Shown here piece by piece: positions 13,158-22,657 of a DNA stretch of 64,000 nt (position 1 is its first letter; each line of letters starts with the position of its first letter). Under the pieces are notes generated by a model. It did no database searches, was not told the DNA's origin, and worked only from the letters and a program-made list of their open reading frames with translations. The position numbers and the translations under genes were made by a program. Source of the DNA: Raillietiella orientalis (taxonomy: Eukaryota). The stretch lies in NCBI GenBank assembly GCA_036172245.1, contig JAYWIR010000049.1:682001-746000 (forward strand), given 5' to 3'.

Positions 13158-13915
13158 GTCGGAGGCTGCGTGGTCAAGGCTTCCGCGTGTGGCACCGTGC
13201 GTCGCGGGTTCGAATACTTCGGCAGATAACTGACGCCACTGCGTCGTTTGGGTTCCGAGTTTCTCCTGCGATGGCGCTGGTTGGCCGAGACATTCGGACG
13301 TGGCACCGGCGTTGGATTAAGCCGGAAGCCCCCGATGAAGGCCAGAACAATGGGGGTCGACCTTCGGGTCCTTCCAGGAATCAAGGAGTGGGGAGTTCCC
13401 CATCCGGTCATACAACGGAGAGCGGACCCCCCCCACCGGGGGACCCCTCCGGTTTCAAGATGGAGCAGGAGCCCTCACGGGCACCTCTCCAGTTGTTCAA
13501 AGGAGCGGACCCTCTCCGTTGCGGGGGGGACCCTCTGAGTCGTTGCCTCTTCACAGAGTGCAAGGAAGCAAGCGAGAGCGATTCCCCTGCGGGAAGCTGC
13601 AGCGCCCCTTCTGAGTTTCGGAAGCTCCCTTCGGGTTCTCTTCAGAGGAGTGAACAGGAGCGGTTCCCTTGCGTGTTCCCTCCGGAGAAGAAATTCCTAC
13701 TAGCGGATCCTTTCCGGGTCCCCTTAGGAGAAGTTGAAATGGAGAGGACCCCCCAGGGGGTGTCCCTCCGGAGAGAATGAGGAAGGAGATTCCCTTCGGG
13801 GTTCCCCTTCGGAGGCAACCAGGGTGGGAGGTGCGATCCCTCCCCAAGCGTGAGAGGAACGGACTCCGAGCCCTTCCTGGGTTCATAGGGCGGACCCCCA
13901 TCCCGGGGTGCCCCC
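13158..13915 (+). mobile_element. tRNA-headed SINE-like element, long copy with internal hairpin repeats
   Basis: tRNA-like head: GTCGGAG (13158) can pair with CTTCGGC (13217), and B-box GGGTTCGAAT lies at 13206. Body and tail are homologous to 42240-41876 (-) and 17881-18106 (+). Confidence 0.6.
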
Positions 13916-16857
13916 TATCCTGAAGAATTACACGCTCCCCTGCGGGTTGCCGCTGGAGGAGAGGAGTGGAAACAAAACAGTGTTGTGTTTAATGTAAAAG
14001 AGCCACGTGCGCCGCGAGGCACGCGACCGGCTCTTGAGGTTACTTTAGCGAACCAGGAAAAAAGAGGAAACTCTTTAAAAAAAAGGCTAAAAAAATAAAA
14101 AAATAAAAAACAGAAAGTGGAAATTGAAAAATGTGAGTGTTTTCGTTTTACGAAAACCGTCGCATTCAAAACGAAGTCATCCCTGACCCCAAAATGATGC
14201 CAAGTTTTTAGAAACTGGAGAGTATGCAAGCGAGACTTGATTTTCTGGAAACCACTGATATGTATTTGTTTCTTTAGATTAGACAACTTTGGCTAAAAAA
14301 AAAAAAAAAAAATGTGTTTCAAATGTGAAATGAACCCTGTTGACATTAATTATGATATAATAATGGATGCTCCGAATACAGAAATGAAGCAAAAATTTGT
14401 CATTCACCGTGTGAGCTGCAGATCCGTTCGGCTGAGAGTGGAAATCAAATGCTTTCAGTGTGTATGTGCTCTTAATACGAAAACTCAGGTTAATCATTTC
14501 TCATGCATCACCGAGGAACGGCCTCTGAGAGTTGTCATTATGCTCGCCTCATAATGATACAATTAATTTCCTTTTCGTTGGAAAACTGTAGCTTCACTCG
14601 ATTTTCATTCATTTTTCCTCGTTGTCTATACGGTCTTTGTGTACAGAACTGTTTCTTGGAATCGGTCATTCGAAGGGTTAAAGACCTTAAAAGTAATGCA
14701 AGCCATATTATCTTTCCTTTTGAACACACGAATCTCCTTTCAGCAAATGTGCATGGTGTTCAGTCACCGATTGTGACAGAATTATTGGTGCTTTTCAGGA
14801 CATCCTTAAACAGCTCCTCCAGCTTTGTTTCCAGCATAGGTGTATACGAGGTTCTTGCAGTGAAAACTTCAGTGGTGCTGGGTTACAATTTGCGGATATA
14901 AATGTGGCTGGCTTTGCTTACTCCCTGAAAAAGCTTTGTGCACTCTCTAAAGTGGTTCCTATTGATGACCATCAGCGATTCACCATCTTGTAAATGTTTC
15001 CCTATTTTGTCGTCATCGGGAAAACATCATCGCTCTCGGGGAAAGCGATGATGGGCACTTAATTGTGAGCAATTAAGTTCTGTGCAATCCATTTCTAGGG
15101 TGTGTAAACGATTTCTAGGGTGTTCTAGCGAAAACGATGAATTGGGATTCCTTGAAATCACGTTGAAGGGAAGAGAGAATGTTTTGAACTCCTTCCTGAT
15201 CTTGTTCCATTTCCGTACTTCGCTTAAGGATGATTTGTGAAACGGAAAAAACAAATAAGTACAAATCAACAGCAGTAAACGAAGACATCAAAATACGAAC
15301 CAATCGAACAGAGAAGTGATAAGAGGCCAATGTCCCGCCGATGGCCGATTGAGCACGGAACGGACTCCGTCCTTTGCATCACTCAAGTCAGTTCATTGAA
15401 ATGATGCTATCGAAAAAGTCTTCTGGCCACGATGATGCTTGGCCAGTTTTTTTTTGGTGTATTCCCGAGCTCGGCCTGCGATCTCGTGCATCCCATAAAC
15501 CGCAGGAAACGCCAAAGGGTAGACACAGATCACGAAGCCATTAAGAATGATCATTCGCTCCGCCTAATTTCCTCTGACTTCATTGCTTCGTTGCTATGAG
15601 GCCAGAAAGACGATGACACCTAATGGTTCAGGAAAACATTTATTCATCTTCATCGGTATCATACAATGAGATCCGCAAAACACACAAACGTTACCGTAAT
15701 GAGAAATTGCACGAAGCTCGCTCGGATGCTGAATTTTTTGAGGAGCTGCATGCAAACCTTTACATTTCCAGGAAGAGAGGGTGAGGTCAAGTAAGAGCTG
15801 TTCATAAATGCAAACGTCAGTACAAACAGAGCTGTTGTAATTCCTTTGGAGCTCATAGTAAATAAGCGAAGATTCAAAAATAAATGCAGTTTACTCAAAG
15901 TGGATATGACTTTTTGAGAATCTCTTTTCCATTTTCAAGTTTATGGTTCAATCAGGAAGATGGATAGAAGCCTGGCAAAAAGCATTCTCGCTTTTAAAAC
16001 AGCTGCGAATTCCCTTTTCCGTATTTTACTTAATCGAAAGAGAACACTACATGTTGGAGGTGACAAGATCTAAGATTTGTTTATAAGGAGCATTCCTTTT
16101 TGGGCATTTCCTTGTTCATAGATCATAAGAGACTCAGCATACATAGATTTTTTTTTTTTTTTTGTCTGGACGCAGTTGCGATTCGAGATTTCTTGCTGCA
16201 TGTTAGAACATGGACCAATAGTTGTATTTCCAATAAGTTCTCTTCAGTGTAACAGGAGTAAATTTTCTATATTCTCACTCTAATTGCCATATCCAAATTG
16301 TTCAAAGGTCGTGATGATCCACTATTTGTTTTGATGAATCACATCGGAAGAAGTTTGGTCAGCTAGGATATGAATTAGAATTTTCATTCAATTACTTTGA
16401 TAGTTTACTGAGGACGCAATTTCAAAATAATAAACCGTCTATACTGAAGTCCTGCCCTAATCCCTACTATTCCCTCGGATTCCCAGCAAATCATAGGGGC
16501 ATAAGAAGCATTCATTTGCTTTTGAACAATATTCTGAAAATGTGTCTTCCTTAATGTGATTTACTGCTTCCGTTTCTTGCAAGCATAATGCTGTCTTTCC
16601 TATTTTCCCAGATCAGTAGTACTTCAACTTGTTTCAACTTATTACAAGCTCTAAATCACTGCTGCAGAATTTAAAGCACTCGTTTTACTAAGGCAATAAT
16701 TTTGGTTGAAATTATGTAAAAGTTCGTCTTCAATAAAACGGAATTTACTGCATCCACGTCAGCTATGTGTTGTACTGTAAAGTATGTACGAGAAAACTTC
16801 TGTTGTTTCTCCTGTGCATGCCTTCTGGTTTCAATCCTTCTTTATAGCTCTTTCCCA

Positions 16858-16938
16858 AATAATTTTACTAATGTTCTTTCTTTCTACCAATACTACTCTA
16901 CAACGAAATCTCTCAAGTTCAGTTTTGCGAAATATTTC
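16858..16938 (+). repeat. 81-bp direct repeat, left copy flanking the composite insertion
   Basis: aataattttactaatgtt...gttttgcgaaatatttc matches 18107-18187 with 4 mismatches. Confidence 0.9.
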
Positions 16939-17875
16939 TTGAGCATTTGGGTTATTACAATAACTATTGCTGGAATGGCTCTGGAGAACCTTCCACGAAT
17001 GATGTTTCCTCCGTGTTCTTCACGGTTCCTCGGTGCTCTCTTCCGGGGTGAGAGCAGAGCACGGTCCAGATCATCTGGTTGGGCTGCATTTTTCCTTCTT
17101 ACATGCGCTGCATAGATGCTACTTGAGAAGCAGGTGGCTACCATCCGCTGCCGTATCCTTATCAGCTTCTTCTTCGGAATTCCTAGGTATTGTAGAATGT
17201 TGTCGTTTTCCGGATCCCATGCTTCAAGTGGGCCGACAAGGATCGCCTGCACTTTAGTTATTTTCCCAGTGTTTCCGAGTTGCATGGCGACATCCTGGTA
17301 TCTCTGGCTTCCTTTATTTTCCTAGATGTGGCGAACGCCTCCTTTCCGTTTTCAAATGGGCAGGAGATGTCCAGCACACCTATTCGATTGCTTTTTTCTA
17401 AAACCAGATCTGGTTTTAGGGTGGAGGTGGTTCCTGGCACTCTGCGATTACTCGATACCAGAGTCCACTTGGCTTCATCCATTGCGGCCTTCTTGTTAAT
17501 TTCCAGGATAGCATCATGGCGCTGCATCGTGGCCTTCAGAGGCACGTGCTTTTTACGTCTGTTGAGCACGTGTGATAAAGTCTCATCCTCGGTTCCGCAA
17601 CGCCGACATATCCTTTCATGAACCTTCTTCATTGGTCCAGTGTTTAGTGGCAGAAGGTTCAGTCCTGCCCATGGATGAAGCTGTAGTCTTGGTATCTTTG
17701 GTGGATTCCGTTTGTCTGGAAGAAGCTTGAAGAGTGATGCATGCCCACACACTGCATGGCCTTCCCTTGACTAACGTGGTTTTCAATAAGGGATTGCCAT
17801 GCGTGTTCTCTCTGCAATGCTCTTGCGCCGGAGGCGAGCAGTCTTCTTGCACTGCTGGTGAATGGGTCGGGTCCT
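16939..17875 (-). mobile_element. RLE-type non-LTR retrotransposon 3' fragment (NeSL/Utopia-like), pseudogenised
   Basis: Across frameshifts: SQGKAMQCV...YSFIH.AGLNLLPLN...ICRRCGTEDETLSHVL...QRHDAIL...LKPDLVL...LDISCPFENGKEAF...ILVGPLEAWDPENDNILQYLGI. This is the CCHC finger, RHD and PD-D-K restriction-like endonuclease of R2/NeSL-group elements. Confidence 0.85.
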
Positions 17876-17880
17876 CCCGG

Positions 17881-18106
17881 GAAGAAGTTGAAATGGAGAG
17901 GACCATCCCCCTCCCAGAGGGTGTCCCCCCGGAGAGAATGAGGAAGGAGATTCCGATCGGGGTTCCACTTCGGAGACGACCAGGGTAGGAGGTGCGATCC
18001 CCCCCCATCCGGAGGGGATCCCTCTCCAAGAGTGAGAGGAACAAACTCCTAGCCCTTCCTGGATTCATAGGGAGGACTCCCATCCCAGAGGGTCTCTTCA
18101 GAGGAG
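17881..18106 (+). mobile_element. Partial copy (3' part) of the SINE-like family at 13158-13915
   Basis: Highly similar to about 13728-13905 (agaagttgaaatggagaggacc...aggaaggagattcc...gtgagaggaac...cccttcctgg.ttcataggg). Confidence 0.8.
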
Positions 18107-18187
18107 AATAATTTTACTAATGTTTTTTCTTTCTACCAATACTACTCTACAACGTTATCTCTGAAGTTCAGTTTTGCGAAATATTTC
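18107..18187 (+). repeat. 81-bp direct repeat, right copy
   Basis: Matches 16858-16938 with 4 mismatches. Confidence 0.9.
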
Positions 18188-18624
18188 AAATGCAGAATAA
18201 CTATGTTCTCTCCATAATGAATGAAAAAGACTATCAAAAATGTACCATTTGTAAGAAACGTTAACTGCATTCGTAGTTCTTGTGTGCATTTGTAATAATT
18301 AGTCCTCCGAAATGCCACCAAGAAATATTTTTCTCATTAAATGTTAAAGTTCAGCAGAATAATCTACGCAAACCTATATAAATGAGAGTTATGATGTCAG
18401 TTATCTACCTTGACAATTAAATAAGCAATTAATAATAGTTATAAAAAACTGTTAATGGAGTAATACAGAACATGTACCTTTGCCCACCAGTGCTATAGTT
18501 TTCAACAAAGCACAAAGTTATGTTGCATACTGTTGCTAAGATGCACAAGTTTTTTTTAATAAACTGACTTTTAAAAAATGGCTTTTTCCATTATCATTGT
18601 ATTTCGAGATCGAATTATTAGATA

Positions 18625-19690
18625 CAGGAGTGAAGTCACTGCCCGGGCCGTCGAGCATGTAAATGCGCGACAGCTCTGGTTCTCGCAGCCGATTGGGAAC
18701 AGTGGCCCCATGCAGCCCACAGGGCCTAATCGAGGCTGGTCAACCACTCGGGTGGCCCGATGTCGGCGCTCATAGACAAACGCGGAGAGTGGGGCAGCAT
18801 CGACCCACGTGGAAAAGGATGCAGGAACTGGTGGCCAAACACCGCTTCAAGGTAGTGCCTCCGAGCAAGGAGCTGTGGAACGAAAAACTGGCCATGGTTA
18901 TCCCAGACTTTGTACCCGTACCCAGGGACACCTGGAAGTGGATATTCCAGAGGCCAGAGATGGCCGTCCGCAACTGCGAACAGTTTGCAGCCAGTGGTAA
19001 CGTCCACGAGATGCAACTGCTTCGCTACGTACAACGCATGAGAGGGAGATTCACCTGAAAGGCGAGGGAGCTTTGGAAGCCTCACACATCCAACGCTTGG
19101 ATCCTGGTGACCAAAGCCAACATCCATGACGTGATGAAGAACAGCTATGCGTAAGAACAAGACGTTCTTGCCAGGGCTGCCTACCGCTACGGGACCCGGA
19201 CGGTGAACCTGCAAGCAGTTGGAACCACAGTCTTCAGGAGCGAACTCCTCCTGCTTTACCACGGAGGCATCCTGAGTGGGAGCAGGACAGCACGCTGGAC
19301 TGGCAACATCCAAGACGAGCTCTGCAAGGCGTTGGCAGCAGGGAGATCCATCTCCACGTTTTCACCACTCTGCGCCAGGACTGGAGCGCTCTGAAGGCGG
19401 TGATCGGCCTGCAGAAGACCACAAGAGTGAGCACCTTAGTGCGAATATTCGACTGGAACGCAAATGTCCCGCGCTACAATCCCATAGTTCGGACCATCAT
19501 CGCCTCCTTCATCACGATCGTCGTGATCAGAAGTGCAAAGATGAGGATCACGGGAGCTACAGAGCCCGCCATCGACATACTACAGGGACTTATCAAACGA
19601 TAGATTGGAATCAGGAACTGAGGCAGGATACCCTCCTGGACGTACCGCTACATCTTGCAGAAGATGGCGGACGCGGTTCGAGAGAGTGAA
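18625..19690 (+). mobile_element. Non-LTR retrotransposon 3' fragment (L1/Tx1-like), paralog of 11290-11830
   Basis: GC-richer island in AT-rich DNA. ELLLLYHGGILSGSRTARWTGNIQDELCKA aligns with the 11.5-kb copy. Several frameshifts and stops. Confidence 0.6.
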
Positions 19691-21405
19691 CTTCCCTCCA
19701 GCTCCCAGGGACCCTATTCCGAGGAAACCACCCCAATGGTGACACTGCAAACACTACGTGTGCAAAGCAGCGAACTGCGGAAACCCACATAGGAGACGTG
19801 AGAGAATGATGCAATCAGTTGATATTGTTGCCATTTTGACATTTGTTGTGATCAATAAACTTACCCCACCGCTTGTCAGGCCTGGGGAAAAATTATCAGA
19901 TACAGTTTTTATGATAAGGCAATGGGACCAACAAAGTGTTCATTATTATTGCATTTTCAGTTTCTTACATCAGCCCAAACTTACGTCACATAAACTCAAA
20001 CGAGAATTGTAAAATGTTTTTCATTCATTTTAATATTAAAACTCATTTGTTCGTTGTTACTTAAATTCAAATAAAGCTACATAAAAGAGAGCAACATGAA
20101 ATTTCTGATTCCTATTTCAATTTATTCATTAAGAAAAGTGTACAATGTAGTAATATCAGGAATCCAAGTATAAATCAAATGATAAATGCAAAGGAAGGAA
20201 GAATATTTGATTTTCATTTGATATTTGATGCGTTAAGATAGTCTAAATATACAAATCTTTTACTCCTTCCCAACACTACTGGACTGTTCACAGATAAGCT
20301 GAACCGTTTCATTTCAAAATTTGAAAAACACTCAGGACTTTGGACAAGCTTTAGAAAGAATTCTCCAAAAAGTAAAGAATTGTTTACAAAGAATTCTCCA
20401 ATTCATCGTTAAAGAGAGAGAAGATGCGATGTAGGTTATTTACCGAGTGATAGGATGGAATTCTCATGCGCAGATGCAATATCTGTTTTATTCATGAATG
20501 ATCAGTTGATGACAGGACACAAGAAACATTAAAAAAGATGGTTTTGAAATCGAATTAAAATACCAAATTGTTTTGACTCTTTTACCCGCACAAGTATTCT
20601 TTTAACTTCCAACTTAATTGTTCACTGAATTTTTTATTCATAATTGCTGAAACGGTGCCAATTTTCTTGAAAATCTGCACCCAGAATTAATCAAGAAATT
20701 GATAAAATTTCAACCCTCATATGAATCCTTTGCTTTGTATATCGAAGAATTTTGCTTCATATCAAAGCTTCAGGGGAGATGATTTCCATCTTCAACCATT
20801 GTCTTTGTGGTTGATAGCGCTGAGCATATAACTAATCTATCTATATAAACTGCAATTAATTAATCATTATTTGATTTATAAATAAGTATAAATGTTATAA
20901 ATAATTTGTTTAACTTTCTAAGGCTGCAACAATTGCTCACTGGAATCCTGTTTTGTATTTTCATTAGCTTGCCTTCTCATTTGTAAAGATATAGTTTTGG
21001 CAATGCTTTAGCGGGAAAATGTGAACATTTAGCTACAATCAGCTGTTAAAGAGCATGTGTTTGGTATTCTGTAGTAGCGCCGCTCAAATTGAGAGAATGA
21101 GGAAATTTCTCAAATTTTAACTCTTTACCTATTGTTTGTACAGTTATTATGATGAAATTTGTAACAAGATGTCTTATGACGGTAAAAGTTTTTGAGTTCA
21201 CTAAATCTCTACTGTCTCTACTCCTTGTATTGTTTATTAAAACTGTGTATTTTATTATGTATGTTTGTATTATTGCATTAGTCACAATTATTATAGAACT
21301 TAATTGCCATTTCTTTATCGCTTTATTCATTTTCATGTTTTAGATCCAATATTTTCTGCATTCATAAAAGTGTTGTGGATAATCCCCATGTGAATCCTTG
21401 TTAAG

Positions 21406-22626
21406 ATGGTTGGGTATTTCAACAAACCAATAGACCGAAAAACCGCTTCCATAACGAAATTTAAGGAAACTAAGTATGGGCTTTATTATACTATATCGTT
21501 TCAATGAATGTATTGATATTTTATTGGCACTCCAAGATTTGTGATCTCTAATTTTCATTGCTTATTTCTAGTTGATAAAGAATTTACTTATTTATAGTTT
21601 ATGTAAATTTATTAGGAAGGAAGATTCCTCAGAATTCAGATTTCAAGAGGCTTCTGAAAGTAATGCGGTGTATACAAAATATGGATTTGTTGAATGCCCT
21701 GATCTGCAGTGGAGAGTGGGATGGCTTTTGAATATGCATCCTGTAAGTCATCAAGAATTCTGTTTCAATATTAGCTGCAAACATTATCTGTTAGACCGAA
21801 ATTTTGGATGAAAATGGAAGTTTTGTTAGTGCAGTTGATTACTACTTCATTCAGGAAGATGGAAAGAGATTTAAGGTGTCACTTCCATTTCATCCTTATT
21901 TCTATGTGCTTGCTGAATCCGAATATCATCAAGAACTCCAATCCTACTTGCTTAAGAAATTTGTTGGTTGCATTGCAAAGATTGAATCAGTTTTGAAGGA
22001 AGATTTAGATTTGGTGGGAACATTAGTAATTTGCAAATATGAATTTCAAATTTCAGCCTAATCATTTGATTGGTATTAAAAGGAATTGCTTGAAGTTATC
22101 ATTTTTTACAATTAGTGGCTTATTAAAAGCCAGAAAGGAACTACTTCCATATGCTAAAAGAAATAAAGAACATAGAAAAACACATTCTGTATATGTGAAA
22201 ATGCTAAAGGAAAGTATAACAGAAAAATCCAGCAGTTCAGAAATTTGTAAAGAGCCTCTGGAAAATATCCTTGACCTCAGGTGCTTATTGCATTTTTTTT
22301 CTTTTTGCTTCATATCATATTTTAGGGAATATGATGTACCATATCTCATAAGAGTATCCATTGACTTAAAGGTCTTTGTTGGTCATTGGTACAGTGTGAA
22401 AGCTAGTCAAACTGCAATTCCGGAAATAATACCCAGGAAGGATCTGATCGAAAATCCTGATTGCATTGTCTTAGCATTTGACATAGAAACTACTAAATTA
22501 CCTTTAAAATTTCCTGACCCAGGGACAGATCAAATAATGATGATTTCATACATGATTGATGGACAGGTAAACAGAAATATCTCGGAAATTGTATTTGATG
22601 TTATGTCTGCGGTTTCTTCTTCCTTT

Positions 22627-22657
<31 letters not shown>

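Noticed and set aside
13330..13372. Plus-strand hammerhead-like CCGATGAAGGCC...GGTCGACC
   Set aside because: Lacks the CUGA and GAAA boxes and is not conserved in the 42-kb copy.
15300..15640. Frame with four in-frame TGA codons, suggesting selenocysteine or readthrough
   Set aside because: No canonical SECIS or selenoprotein motif was seen. Frameshifted decay explains it more simply.
20100..21340. Possible divergent gene upstream of POLE on the minus strand
   Set aside because: Splice-like sites exist but no exon chain gave an open, recognisable protein. A lncRNA cannot be excluded.
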